From NCBI GenBank assembly GCA_038206355.1, contig JBBRAY010000014.1:6852-70851 (forward strand): a stretch of 64,000 nt of DNA, read 5' to 3'. Below, piece by piece: positions 19,192 through 30,282 of this stretch; position 1 is the first letter of the stretch, and each line of letters starts with the position of its first letter. This stretch comes from Bacteroidia bacterium. GTDB taxonomy: Bacteria; Bacteroidota; Bacteroidia; AKYH767-A; 2013-40CM-41-45. The position numbers and the translations under genes were made by a program. The notes below the pieces were generated by a model. The model ran no database searches, was not told the origin of the DNA, and worked only from the letters and a program-made list of their open reading frames with translations.

Positions 19192-21078
19192 ATGCTGAAA
19201 TTTGCCTGGTTGATTCCCGTACTGCCTTTACTGGGATTTTTGTGCATCAGCTTTTTTCAAAAACAATTGCCCGGAAAGTCAGCAGGAGTAATCGGCTCAC
19301 TCACCGTTCTTGGCTCATTTATAATATCATGCGGTCTGTTTTTTCAATTATCAGAACCGGTAACAATCACCTATTTTGATTGGATAAATGCCGGAACTCT
19401 CAAGATTCCAGTATCATTTCTGATAGATCCGGTTTCGCTTGTAATGCTATTCATCATTACCGGTATTGGATTTCTTATCCACGTTTATTCTATCGGATAC
19501 ATGTCGCACGATGCGGCTTTCGGCAGGTTTTTTTCTTACCTGAATCTCTTCGTTTTCTTCATGCTCATCCTCGTTCTCGGAAGCAACTACGTGCTCATGT
19601 TTGCCGGTTGGGAGGGCGTAGGTTTATGTTCCTATCTGCTCATCGGTTTCTGGTTTAAGAACAATGAATATAACAATGCCGCCAACAAGGCATTCATTAT
19701 GAATCGTATCGGAGACCTTGGCTTTCTGCTCGGCATTATCCTCATGTTTACGACTTTCGGAAGTGTTCAGTTCAGCGATGTGTTCAGCGCTGCAGGTAGT
19801 ATCCCTGATAACAATTCCACCATCGTTGCAATTACAATGTTGCTCTTTGTCGGGGCAATGGGAAAGAGCGCACAGATTCCACTTTATACATGGCTGCCTG
19901 ATGCTATGGCCGGACCGACACCCGTATCTGCATTGATCCACGCCGCAACAATGGTAACAGCGGGAATTTACATGGTGGTCAGGTCTAATATTCTTTATTC
20001 CATCGCACCATCCACACTTGAGTTCATCACCATCATCGGAATGGCAACAGCAATTTTTTCTGCAACCATTGCACTGGCACAGACAGACATAAAAAAAGTA
20101 CTTGCCTATTCAACCTTATCACAGCTTGGATATATGTTTGTGGCACTTGGCGTAGGCGCGTATTCCACAGGCTTGTTTCACGTTACCACGCATGCATTCT
20201 TCAAAGCATTGCTATTCCTTGCTGCAGGAAGTGTGATACATGCAATGAGCGGTGAACAGGACATCAGACGCATGGGCGGTCTCAGAAAAAAATTACCCGT
20301 TACTTATTTTGTTTTTCTGATTGGTACACTTGCCATCAGTGGCATTCCGCCTTTTGCCGGATTCTTTTCGAAAGACGAAATACTTGCCAAGGCATACATG
20401 CACAGCGATCTTTTGTTTATCCTTTTGTCGGTGACATCTGTGATTACAGCGATCTATATGTTCCGGCTTTTATTTCTGACCTTCTTCGGAAATTTCAGAG
20501 GTACTGAAAATCAAAAACATCACCTTCATGAATCGCCTGCAGTAATAACAATTCCCTTGATTATCCTTGCTGTGCTTTCCACACTTGGTGGATTTCTGGG
20601 TTTGCCTGCAGTGTTTACAGAGCACCACCTGTTTGGGAATTTTTTAGCGCCCGTTCTTTCTACAGCAGGAATAGCAGGTCATGCAGAGCCATCACATTTA
20701 TTTGAATACACGCTGATGGGAATCTCGGTTCTTGCACTGGCATTCATCATCTACATGACTTACGAGCGCTTCGCGAAAAAGGAAATTGTTCCTTCTCTCG
20801 ATGAATCGGAATTCAAACCGTGGTATAGGATTCTTTACAATAAATATTACATTGACGAGTGGTACGACAGAATATTTGTCAGGCCTTTATATAAATTCGG
20901 CGATATATGCTATAAAATATTTGACATTAAAATTGTTGACGGAGTTGTAAATATGGTCGGCAAGGGTGTTCACCGCGGAAGTGAAGTTATTCGGTTTGCG
21001 CAAAACGGCACGGTAGGGTTCTACATCTTTGCTATGGTGGTGGGAATTATTCTGGTATTGGTTGTGAATTTATTTTAA
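19192..21078 (+). CDS. nuoL: NADH-quinone oxidoreductase subunit L
   Basis: 628-aa polytopic antiporter-like subunit. Conserved WLPDAMAGPTPVSALIHAATMV motif; long amphipathic C-terminal extension typical of NuoL. Confidence 0.9.
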   Translation: MLKFAWLIPVLPLLGFLCISFFQKQLPGKSAGVIGSLTVLGSFIISCGLFFQLSEPVTITYFDWINAGTLKIPVSFLIDPVSLVMLFIITGIGFLIHVYSIGYMSHDAAFGRFFSYLNLFVFFMLILVLGSNYVLMFAGWEGVGLCSYLLIGFWFKNNEYNNAANKAFIMNRIGDLGFLLGIILMFTTFGSVQFSDVFSAAGSIPDNNSTIVAITMLLFVGAMGKSAQIPLYTWLPDAMAGPTPVSALIHAATMVTAGIYMVVRSNILYSIAPSTLEFITIIGMATAIFSATIALAQTDIKKVLAYSTLSQLGYMFVALGVGAYSTGLFHVTTHAFFKALLFLAAGSVIHAMSGEQDIRRMGGLRKKLPVTYFVFLIGTLAISGIPPFAGFFSKDEILAKAYMHSDLLFILLSVTSVITAIYMFRLLFLTFFGNFRGTENQKHHLHESPAVITIPLIILAVLSTLGGFLGLPAVFTEHHLFGNFLAPVLSTAGIAGHAEPSHLFEYTLMGISVLALAFIIYMTYERFAKKEIVPSLDESEFKPWYRILYNKYYIDEWYDRIFVRPLYKFGDICYKIFDIKIVDGVVNMVGKGVHRGSEVIRFAQNGTVGFYIFAMVVGIILVLVVNLF

Positions 21079-21149
21079 GAAAAGATATTCGAAGAGTCAC
21101 CGGTTGTCAGGTTGAATTTTAATCTGAAAATCGCTGACAAAGATCAAAT

Positions 21150-22652
21150 ATGTTAATCGCATTAATTTTTTTTCCTTTTGTTGCCGCACTTGCAACACTG
21201 CTTGCCAAAGAAAAGGCAAAGCATGTTGCCTTTGGTGCCGCCGTCCTTGAATTTGCGCTTAGCATTTGGATGGTGATGCAATTCAATCCGCAGGGAGGAA
21301 CCCAGTTTAATGTTGATTACTGGTGGGTACCATCGCTGGGGATCAGTTTCAAAGCAGGCATGGATGGAATCAGTATGTTGTTGGTGCTGCTCACTACATT
21401 TCTCGTTCCGATAATCATTTTATCTTCTTTTTCAAATGGCGAGGCAGGCTCCACATCGCGGGTACAACCTCGCGATCTCAAATCTAAGATCTCAAATCTC
21501 CCGTTGTTCTATGCGCTAATACTAATGATGCAGATGGCATTGGTAGGCGTATTCGTTGCGCTGGATGGATTTTTATTTTACATCTTCTGGGAACTTGCAC
21601 TGATACCGATCTATCTCATCTGCCTCATGTGGGGTGGAAAAGACAGCTTCCGCATCACACTTAAATTTTTCATCTATACCCTGACAGGAAGTCTCCTGAT
21701 GCTCGTAGGTTTAATTTATTTATTCCTGCAAACACCGGGCGTTCACACTTTTGATATTGCTGCATTCTATAAACTTCATCTTTCTTCTGGTGAACAGGGA
21801 CTATTGTTCTGGGCATTCTTTGCAGCTTTTGCCATCAAGATGCCAATATTTCCATTTCACACCTGGCAGCCTGATACCTATACTGATGCGCCAACGCCGG
21901 GAACCATGCTGCTTTCAGGTATCATGCTGAAAATGGGTGTGTATGGCGTGATCCGCTGGTTGTTGCCCGTAGTTCCTTTGGGAGTGAAAGAGTGGGGGAC
22001 AATGGCGATCGTACTGTCCGTAACAGGCGTGGTGTATGCATCAGTAATTGCGCTCGTACAAAAAGATTTCAAACGGCTCATCGCTTATTCAAGTATTGCG
22101 CACGTCGGATTAATTTCTGCCGGAATATTTTCATTGAACATGCAAGGTTTGCAAGGGGGGATGATTCAGATGGTAAGCCACGGAATCAATGTGGTGGGAT
22201 TGTTTTTTATTGCCGATATCATCATGTCGCGCATGAATACCCGCACACTGAATGAACTTGGCGGCATCAGAAATATTGCGCCCTCATTTGCAACTTATTT
22301 TGTCATCATACTCCTTGCATCGGTTGCGCTGCCGCTTACTAACGGATTCATCGGGGAGTTTTTACTCATCAACGGATTGTACCAATACAATGCATGGATG
22401 GCTGCAGTGGCCGGACTCACCATAATTCTCGGCGCGGTATATATGCTCGTGGCTTACAAAAAAATCGCGTTGGGTGAAATCAATAAACTCACGGAAAAAT
22501 TTACTGACCTCACCATGCACGAAAAATCAGTAATGATTCCATTGGTGATCATGATATTTGTTATCGGAATTTATCCCAAACCGTTTCTTGATATTGCAGA
22601 ACCAAGTGTGAAAAATATTTTGGACATCATACAGGGAGCCACTATAAAATGA
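21150..22652 (+). CDS. nuoM: NADH-quinone oxidoreductase subunit M
   Basis: 500-aa antiporter-like subunit. FHTWQPDTYTDAPTPGTMLLSG motif. Confidence 0.9.
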   Translation: MLIALIFFPFVAALATLLAKEKAKHVAFGAAVLEFALSIWMVMQFNPQGGTQFNVDYWWVPSLGISFKAGMDGISMLLVLLTTFLVPIIILSSFSNGEAGSTSRVQPRDLKSKISNLPLFYALILMMQMALVGVFVALDGFLFYIFWELALIPIYLICLMWGGKDSFRITLKFFIYTLTGSLLMLVGLIYLFLQTPGVHTFDIAAFYKLHLSSGEQGLLFWAFFAAFAIKMPIFPFHTWQPDTYTDAPTPGTMLLSGIMLKMGVYGVIRWLLPVVPLGVKEWGTMAIVLSVTGVVYASVIALVQKDFKRLIAYSSIAHVGLISAGIFSLNMQGLQGGMIQMVSHGINVVGLFFIADIIMSRMNTRTLNELGGIRNIAPSFATYFVIILLASVALPLTNGFIGEFLLINGLYQYNAWMAAVAGLTIILGAVYMLVAYKKIALGEINKLTEKFTDLTMHEKSVMIPLVIMIFVIGIYPKPFLDIAEPSVKNILDIIQGATIK

Positions 22653-24022
22653 CAACATTAATCATACTTGCTGCACTGGGAATTGTCATCCTGTTCTCTG
22701 AAATAATCGGGTACAGGAAAGTGGTGTTGCCTCTTATTTTCATCGGACTTTCATTGGCACTGGTAGCAACGGTAATGGACTGGAATACCAACAGGCATTA
22801 CCTCAGTGAAATGATGATCGTGGACAATTATGCTGTTGCATTTACTGCGCTGATGATTGCCATTACCATCATCTGGTTTATTTTTTCTCCCGGGTTCTTT
22901 CATGATCAAAGTTCACGCGTTGACCATTTCGCCCTCATCGTTTTTGCGCTGATCGGTGCGCAATTATTTACATCTTTTGGAAACATGATCATGCTATTTC
23001 TTGCTGTTGAAATCCTGTCCATCCCAATGTACATCATGGCCGGAAGCAAAAAAAGCAGCCTGGCTTCCAATGAAGCGTCATTAAAATATTTCCTGATGGG
23101 CGCATTTGCAACAGGGTTTCTTTTGTTTGGAATTACGCTGATCTATGGACAGACCGGATCTTTTAATTTACAGATAATTTCTCAGTCACTGGCCCGACAG
23201 GAAGGTGGAGGAGGCGTCATGGTTGTGGCCGGCATATTATTGATTCTGGTAGGACTGTCATTTAAAGTTTCTGCAGTGCCATTTCATTTCTGGGCACCTG
23301 ATGTTTACACCGGCGCTCCTACTGAAGTGACTGCGTACATGAGTACAGTGGTGAAGACTGCAGCGTTCGCAGGTTTTTTCAAATTGTTTGCAACATGCTT
23401 CAATGGTTCATCACAGATATGGGTAAACACTGTAATCGTACTATCTGCACTTACGATTATAGTAGGAAACATAACAGCAGTTTACCAGACCAATTTCAAA
23501 AGGATGCTGGCCTATTCCAGTATTGCACATGCCGGATATATGCTCATGGCCATTGTTGCATTAAACAGTTATGCCCAACAGTCCATCTTTTATTATGCTG
23601 TTGCTTATTCTGTTTCTTCCATTGCCGCATTTGGTGTGTTGTTGCTCGTAAGTCATGTAACCAAAAATGATTCGATTGAATCTTTCAAAGGACTGGCTAA
23701 GAAAAATCCTTTGCTGGCATTTATCACACTTCTCGCTATGCTTTCATTAGCGGGTATCCCACCCATGGCCGGTTTTTTTGCCAAATATTACATCTTTACG
23801 GCTGCACTTCAACAGCATTATACGGGACTGGTTATTGTCGCCGTATTGGGTTCATTGATTGGAGTCTATTATTATTTCCGTGTAATCATCGCCGTCTTTA
23901 AAAGCGATTCGGAAGGCATTGAAATACCAATGAACGGGATTTATAAAGCAGCACTTTTTTTCATTTCAATTGCTGCATTGGTGCTTGGACTCATGCCCGG
24001 ACTGATAGCCGGATTACTCTGA
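22649..24022 (+). CDS. nuoN: NADH-quinone oxidoreductase subunit N
   Basis: 457-aa antiporter-like subunit. FHFWAPDVYTGAPTEVTAYMS motif. ATGA start/stop overlap with nuoM. Confidence 0.9.
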   Translation: MTTLIILAALGIVILFSEIIGYRKVVLPLIFIGLSLALVATVMDWNTNRHYLSEMMIVDNYAVAFTALMIAITIIWFIFSPGFFHDQSSRVDHFALIVFALIGAQLFTSFGNMIMLFLAVEILSIPMYIMAGSKKSSLASNEASLKYFLMGAFATGFLLFGITLIYGQTGSFNLQIISQSLARQEGGGGVMVVAGILLILVGLSFKVSAVPFHFWAPDVYTGAPTEVTAYMSTVVKTAAFAGFFKLFATCFNGSSQIWVNTVIVLSALTIIVGNITAVYQTNFKRMLAYSSIAHAGYMLMAIVALNSYAQQSIFYYAVAYSVSSIAAFGVLLLVSHVTKNDSIESFKGLAKKNPLLAFITLLAMLSLAGIPPMAGFFAKYYIFTAALQQHYTGLVIVAVLGSLIGVYYYFRVIIAVFKSDSEGIEIPMNGIYKAALFFISIAALVLGLMPGLIAGLL

Positions 24023-24252
24023 TTTATCATACCATCTCCCTCTGAAACAGGCATCCTCAAGGCGGTTCAAAAAAAATTGTTTTGTTGAAAATATGTTTTA
24101 CTTTTGAACTCCTTAACAAACCCGGATTACTAAACTGTCTCAAAGAACTTCATGTTCTTATTTGAATGCCGCAAGCGCGGAGGTGTTTTTTATCGCAGAT
24201 TACGACAACCAAAATAGAATCAAACTCAATAACCAATTTTAATTTTATCAAT

Positions 24253-27200
24253 ATGAAAAAGAACAATTACTTCAAAGGGATTTTAGGATGTCTGCTTTTG
24301 TTTTTTCTCTTTGTTAATTTATCAGGTGTTAAAGCCCAGATGAATGTGACAATCGGTGCAAACAACGGAACGAATTCCACAACCAGTTATCCCTGCCCGA
24401 TCCAGGATTTTTATTATGCCACACGTGCACAGTATTTATATACAGCAACGGAACTCGCCAATGCGGGCATTACCCCCGGCGGACATATTGATTCCATCGG
24501 TTGGATAGTAGAGGCCACTACAATTGGAGGGGTTATGCTGCTGGAGGGCTACACAATTTCGCTTCTCAATACCGGCATAACAACATTGGATCTTGCTATA
24601 TGGGAACCCGGTGCTGCTACGGTTTATGGTCCGCAGAATTATTCATACCCTTCCGGATATGCAGGTAATGTAATGTTCGCAACCTCTCCATTCACTTACA
24701 CAGGCGGAAACCTGATCATTGAAGTTTGTGGAGGTTTGTCAACAGGTGGATATATCAGTAACCCGCAATGCCAGTGGACAACTGCACTTGGATTTAATGC
24801 TTCTCACCAGTGGCATCAGGACGGCGCTGATGGTTGTGGAAATATTGCAACTACTAATTTTGCAACTGCTGACTATCGTCCCCGCCTGATTATGACCTAT
24901 ACTTGCCCGGTAGGAACCATCACTGCAGGGTTCACAGCAAGCAACAACAATCCCCCACTCAGTACGCCGGTAAATTTTACTGACCAGAGCTCAAACAATA
25001 CGATCGGATGGATCTGGGATTTCGGGGATGGAGATACTGCTCATTCACAAAATCCTTCTCACAGTTATACTACTGTGGGAACATATTATGTTTCCCTTAG
25101 TGCAATAGGTTGTTCATCGTCTGATATGGCTTATGATACCATTGTTGTTCAGGGCGCACCTATTGCCATGATCAATCCGTCATCTTTGTCTTCTAACCTT
25201 GCCTGCGGAGATTCAGCAACATACCAGATTACCATCAGCAACACCGGAACCGGTGACCTCACATACAGCACAAGCGGATCTTCCAATTCTCAGGTCAGAA
25301 TGCTTGCACTTACTTATGGAGTAGATCAGTTTTCAGAATACCCTTCTACAATTGCTGCCATCAACAGCTACTTTACAAATTATGTTCTCACGGATACCAA
25401 TACAACAAACCCTGTTGCTGTTGCCAACCTTCTTGTAGGCAACAATGTTCTTCTTTTACCTGAAGTGGAAAACGGCGTACCTTCCGTTTATAACAGTTGG
25501 GCATATGCCATCAACAGCTTTCTGCTCACCGGTGGAACAGTAATCGAATGCGGGGCAAGTAATAGTTATGATACCTGTATCAGTACGATTGGTATCTGGA
25601 ACAGTACAAACTACACTGTGGTTGACGTCGGATTGGGTGGCACAAATATGGTTACTGTCGACAGCATTACGCCGCTTACACAGGGACTTTCCGGTTCTTC
25701 ATTCCCGGCAACAACTGCTTGCTGGGCAAACCAGTGGGGCAACAGTGACAAACGCACTGTGGTTTCTTATCAGGGAAAAGATGTCGTTAGCTATCGCAAA
25801 GTCGGTGGCGGAAAAGCAATCTTCATCGCCTTTGATTATTATGGTACAAGCAACGACACGAAGAAAATTATCGCCAATGCAGTGCAGTGGGGAGGGCAAT
25901 CAGGACTTCCTTCGTGGATCACTGTTGATCAGAATTCAGGAACTGTAACGCCGGCCGGATCTACAATTATGAATGTAACATTTCATGCTACAGGATTACC
26001 TGCAGGTACCTACTACGGAATAATTGGCGTGAATACCAATGACCCGAACAGTCCTTACATCGCTGTTTCATGTACATTAACAGTAACAGGCGGACCACTG
26101 GTTCAATTGTCTGATGCATGTGTTGATTTTGGAACCATTATGGAAAACACAACAGTTCAACGTATATTTACTTTGACCAATAGCGGTTGCGATTCATTAA
26201 CTGTTTCAGGAATTACTGCAAGCTTACCGGAGTACACCATTACCGGAGTTCCTGCTTTATTGTTGCCGGGCGCTTCTGCACAGGTTACAGTAACTTTTAA
26301 TCCGACATCAGTAGGTACATTTAATGGAAGCATTACCATAAATAATAATGCAGGGGATACAACTTTCTGTCTGAATGGATCTGCAGGCCCTGCTCCGGTA
26401 ATCAATACCATTACCGGTGTGACCAATACAATTCTTTCCTGCACGGGAACTGTTAATTCCAATTTCTCAATCGGTAATACCGGCGGAAGCGATCTCAACT
26501 ATACCATTACAGGAGTTCCTTCGTGGGCGCAGCTTTCGTCAACTAACGGATCTGTTGTTGCTGCGGGATCTGCTACAATCATAGTTACATTTAATGCGGC
26601 CGGTCTCAATGACGGCACGTACAATGCAAATATTACCGTTACCACCAACGATCCGGTAACACCAACAGTAACCATTGCACTTTCACTTACTGTTGACGGA
26701 GATCCTGTGGTTGGTATGTCAGTGCTTTGCTTGAATTTTGCACCGATATTTGAAGGCGCAATGTCCAATCAGACATTTACCATCACCAACAGCGGCTGCG
26801 ATACATTGAATGTATCTTCTCTGATTCCGAGTTTACCGGAATATACAGTGAGTGCAGCACCGGGTAATATTCTTCCCGGAGGATCAGCAACAATTACTGT
26901 TACGTTTCATCCACTTGTTGCCGGAAACTATAATGGCACCTTGCAAATTCAGAATACAGATAATGATACAACGATTTGTCTGACAGGTGAAGGACTGGTT
27001 GCACCGCACATCAATCCGAATTCAACTTTCAGCGTTTCACACAACGTGCCGGCATGTAATGCAACAGACACAACTTCTTTTACAATTTCAAATACCGGCG
27101 GAAGCGACCTTAACTTTAATATCACAGGAGTTCCTTCTTGGGCTTCTCTTTCTGCCACTAGCGGAACAGTGCCTGCATCAAGTTCCCAGATTATAACTAT

Positions 27201-28308
27201 AACTATGAGTTCCGGAATATTTGCCGGCGGCACACAAACGGCTAACTTGACGATTGCTTCCAACGATCCTGTTACACCATCTGTGATCTGTGCCTTGAGT
27301 ATGCTTGTCGGATCTAATCCGTGTTTTACAGCACAAGGTACCATTGATGCATGTACAGGTATAGGAACATTCACGTCAACTATAATTGTTAACGCACCAA
27401 CATCATGGACGTGGGATTTCGGCGATGGAGGAACTGCAACCACGGCCAATCCGATTCACCAGTTTGGTGCACCTGCAGGAACAGCGATCACGGTTTTAGC
27501 TATTGGTTGCACAGGCGGCGGATGTGATACACAATACGTTTCTCTCACTATGCCTTTGGTAACAGGTCCTGCGGCAGCAGCATGTTTACCGCAAACTCTC
27601 GATCCGGGCACTGCGGGTAGCCTTGGAATTGGAATTACACACTTCCAGCTTGCTTCAATTAATAAGAATAGCCAGAATGCAGCTGCGAATTATCAGAATT
27701 TTACTTGCACAGATACCACAACGCTTACCTGTGGAATGTCATACAATTGGGCGATCACTACCGGACAGACGTATGAGGAAACCGTTAGAGCTTATATTGA
27801 CTTTAACAATGACGGAGTTTTCGACCCGGGCGAATTGGTATTCGGAGATTCTGCTGTGGTATTTAATCACACAGGCACCACAGTAACAATGCCGGCTCAG
27901 CCTCCGGTATTGGGTACTGCCTTGAGAATGCGCGTTGAAAGTGAGTACTCCGGAAATCCTGTTCCTAATGGTTGTATTGATCTATTATATGGGCAGTGTG
28001 AAGACTACACTGTGTTCATGCAATGTGTAGTTGGTATTGATGGAATTGCATCAGCAACATCATTAAATATTTACCCAAATCCATTTAATAAGAACACGAC
28101 AATTGAATACTCATTGAACAGTGCACAGGCTGTTACAGTGGAAATATTAAATGCATTGGGAGAAAAGGTAAATACTTTGGTGTCCTCGGAAGTGCAGACA
28201 GCCGGCAAGCATGCATATCATTTTAGCGAAGCATCAGCTGGCATCTACTTTGTAAAACTCACTGTTGGCGAAACATTCACTTTACAGAAGCTCGTGAAGA
28301 TGCATTAA
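24253..28308 (+). CDS. giant (~1350 aa) multidomain secreted protein with PKD, repeated Ig-like/choice-of-anchor-type modules, GEVED-like region and T9SS CTD
   Basis: Signal peptide at the re-anchored ATG 24253. PKD motif (WDFGDGDTAHSQNPSHSYTTVGTYYVSL). Four ~95-aa modules (TLTNSGCDSLTVSGITASLPEYTITG...) alternate with three TITGVPSWAxLSxTxG modules. GQCEDYTV near the C-terminus. C-terminal LNIYPNPF...GIYFVKL T9SS tail. Confidence 0.7.
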   Translation: MKKNNYFKGILGCLLLFFLFVNLSGVKAQMNVTIGANNGTNSTTSYPCPIQDFYYATRAQYLYTATELANAGITPGGHIDSIGWIVEATTIGGVMLLEGYTISLLNTGITTLDLAIWEPGAATVYGPQNYSYPSGYAGNVMFATSPFTYTGGNLIIEVCGGLSTGGYISNPQCQWTTALGFNASHQWHQDGADGCGNIATTNFATADYRPRLIMTYTCPVGTITAGFTASNNNPPLSTPVNFTDQSSNNTIGWIWDFGDGDTAHSQNPSHSYTTVGTYYVSLSAIGCSSSDMAYDTIVVQGAPIAMINPSSLSSNLACGDSATYQITISNTGTGDLTYSTSGSSNSQVRMLALTYGVDQFSEYPSTIAAINSYFTNYVLTDTNTTNPVAVANLLVGNNVLLLPEVENGVPSVYNSWAYAINSFLLTGGTVIECGASNSYDTCISTIGIWNSTNYTVVDVGLGGTNMVTVDSITPLTQGLSGSSFPATTACWANQWGNSDKRTVVSYQGKDVVSYRKVGGGKAIFIAFDYYGTSNDTKKIIANAVQWGGQSGLPSWITVDQNSGTVTPAGSTIMNVTFHATGLPAGTYYGIIGVNTNDPNSPYIAVSCTLTVTGGPLVQLSDACVDFGTIMENTTVQRIFTLTNSGCDSLTVSGITASLPEYTITGVPALLLPGASAQVTVTFNPTSVGTFNGSITINNNAGDTTFCLNGSAGPAPVINTITGVTNTILSCTGTVNSNFSIGNTGGSDLNYTITGVPSWAQLSSTNGSVVAAGSATIIVTFNAAGLNDGTYNANITVTTNDPVTPTVTIALSLTVDGDPVVGMSVLCLNFAPIFEGAMSNQTFTITNSGCDTLNVSSLIPSLPEYTVSAAPGNILPGGSATITVTFHPLVAGNYNGTLQIQNTDNDTTICLTGEGLVAPHINPNSTFSVSHNVPACNATDTTSFTISNTGGSDLNFNITGVPSWASLSATSGTVPASSSQIITITMSSGIFAGGTQTANLTIASNDPVTPSVICALSMLVGSNPCFTAQGTIDACTGIGTFTSTIIVNAPTSWTWDFGDGGTATTANPIHQFGAPAGTAITVLAIGCTGGGCDTQYVSLTMPLVTGPAAAACLPQTLDPGTAGSLGIGITHFQLASINKNSQNAAANYQNFTCTDTTTLTCGMSYNWAITTGQTYEETVRAYIDFNNDGVFDPGELVFGDSAVVFNHTGTTVTMPAQPPVLGTALRMRVESEYSGNPVPNGCIDLLYGQCEDYTVFMQCVVGIDGIASATSLNIYPNPFNKNTTIEYSLNSAQAVTVEILNALGEKVNTLVSSEVQTAGKHAYHFSEASAGIYFVKLTVGETFTLQKLVKMH

Positions 28309-28328
28309 GCATAATATTTTTAAATTTG

Positions 28329-28359
28329 AAAAAAGGCAGTCGTAATGGTTGCCTTTTTT
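28329..28359 (+). terminator. rho-independent terminator after 24253..28308
   Basis: aaaaaggca-gtcgtaatggt-tgcctttttt: 9-bp stem followed by a T run, 20 nt after the stop. Confidence 0.6.
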
Positions 28360-28579
28360 ATATGCTTCTGTTAGTAGGCGTATGATCGCTATTCGCTGGA
28401 CTGGTGTTTTTTTAACCCCATTAATGAGGTTCGGATAATAAAATTGATCTTGTTCCTCCCTTCACTTTGAAGGGTCACTTATTTTTATTTGACCACATCC
28501 TGAAATGTTCTAATTTCACTAATTGAATTGATCAGTTTCGGTCTGGTTATTATTTTGGGAAACACTTAAATTAAATCTG

Positions 28580-30259
28580 ATGAAAAAAATATTTTTACTC
28601 CTCACTTTTCCGATTTGTGTTCATGCAAGCGTAATTTGTGTTGATGATAATAATGCTGCAACACAGAATGGTAGTAGCCAGTATCCCTATAGCAGCATTC
28701 AGATGGCAATTACGAATGCTGCTGACTTTGACACCATAAAAGTTGCAGCAGGTTCATATACCAGTATCAATAACATGGGCAAACCGCTTACATTTCTTGG
28801 CGGTTACCAGGGTGGAACCACGGCATCATATAATGCAGGCACCGGTGGAAATTTTTCCACGAGAACGCCGGATCCGGCACTCACGAAAATAAATGCGGGA
28901 ATTGACAGCATCGGAGTTAACCTTACCCGTTTTACCTTTGATCCGTTTCGATTGTTGTTCGATAATTTTACCGTGAGCAATAAAATGAAAGGGATTGTAT
29001 GTGACGTTGAAGTTTCATGGCCTCCTGTTGACAGTGTGACAATATCGAATAATATAATTGAAGACAATGGACAGGCCGGTATCACAAGTTACGGAGCGGG
29101 AATTTTTCTTGCCGGCAACCATCAGCAAGTACTTAATAATATAATCAGGAATAACCGGGGTGGAAGGGGCCCCGGCATCTCTGGAAATTTTTCAACGGAT
29201 TCTGTTACGATAGATGGTAACCGAATTGAAAACAATACAGGATATGATGATCATGCCGGCGGAATTTACCTGGGCGGTTTTGTTGTTCTTACACATAATA
29301 TAATTTCAGGAAATCATCTGCAGAACAGCTACGGCTGGGGTGGCGGTGTTTTAATACTGGGGGTTGCGCACATGTCATTCAATATTATTAAAGATAATTT
29401 TTGCCCGAGCTACGGTGGTGGCGTTTTTGTTGATGAAGGCGGAGTTGCATACATGGACCATGAGTTGATTTACAGAAATACGACTTCCTATAACGGAATT
29501 GGCGGAGCCGGTGTGGCATTGGATAATGGTACCAATGGCTCATCTTATGTTTACATGACCAACTGCACTGTTGCAAATAATTTTTCACCCGATAGTTCAA
29601 GCGGGAATGCCGTGTTTGTTGATGTCAGCTCATTTTGTACTGTTAAGAATTGTATTATGTATGGCAACGGACACGATTTTTTTGAATCAAACGGAAGCAC
29701 CATTACAGTAACGTTTACACTCAACCAGGATGGCAAGGCAGGCCTGGGTAATTTTATAGCAAACCCTTTATTTTATGATTCTTTAAATGGCGACTTCCAT
29801 CTTAAATCACGCGGCGGGAGATTCAATCCTTCCATTCAATCATGGGTTATTGATAGTGTTCATAGTCCTGCCATTGATGCCGGCGACTCAACTTCTTCCT
29901 TTGCAAGTGAACCCTCGCCGAATGGAAACAGAATCAATTTAGGTTGCTATGGTAATACTCCGGAAGCGTCAAAAACATTTGCAACAGGGATCGAAGATTT
30001 AATAAATGAAAATGCTGAAGTGATAGTATATCCGAATCCATCGAATGGAAAGTTTTTGGTATTTAACCGGAACTACAATATTAAAGAAATTGAAGTTTAC
30101 GATTTTATCGGAGCGAAAATTATGACTGTTAAATCAAACGCCGGATTAGGACAGTCACAAATGGAATTGGATTTTACGCATCTCAGCGAAGGGATTTATT
30201 TTCTTCTTGTTCAAACAGAAAAATTTGTAACGTCAAAGAAAATTATTCTTGCAAGATAA
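28580..30259 (+). CDS. right-handed parallel beta-helix repeat (pectate-lyase-fold) protein with T9SS CTD
   Basis: PbH1-like repeats (NNIIEDNGQAGI, NNIIRNNRGG, GNRIENNTGYD, HNIISGNHLQ). Signal peptide. C-terminal VIVYPNPSNGKF...GIYFLLV tail. Confidence 0.65.
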   Translation: MKKIFLLLTFPICVHASVICVDDNNAATQNGSSQYPYSSIQMAITNAADFDTIKVAAGSYTSINNMGKPLTFLGGYQGGTTASYNAGTGGNFSTRTPDPALTKINAGIDSIGVNLTRFTFDPFRLLFDNFTVSNKMKGIVCDVEVSWPPVDSVTISNNIIEDNGQAGITSYGAGIFLAGNHQQVLNNIIRNNRGGRGPGISGNFSTDSVTIDGNRIENNTGYDDHAGGIYLGGFVVLTHNIISGNHLQNSYGWGGGVLILGVAHMSFNIIKDNFCPSYGGGVFVDEGGVAYMDHELIYRNTTSYNGIGGAGVALDNGTNGSSYVYMTNCTVANNFSPDSSSGNAVFVDVSSFCTVKNCIMYGNGHDFFESNGSTITVTFTLNQDGKAGLGNFIANPLFYDSLNGDFHLKSRGGRFNPSIQSWVIDSVHSPAIDAGDSTSSFASEPSPNGNRINLGCYGNTPEASKTFATGIEDLINENAEVIVYPNPSNGKFLVFNRNYNIKEIEVYDFIGAKIMTVKSNAGLGQSQMELDFTHLSEGIYFLLVQTEKFVTSKKIILAR

Positions 30260-30282
30260 ATTTGCGCATGCACTGTTGGCCT

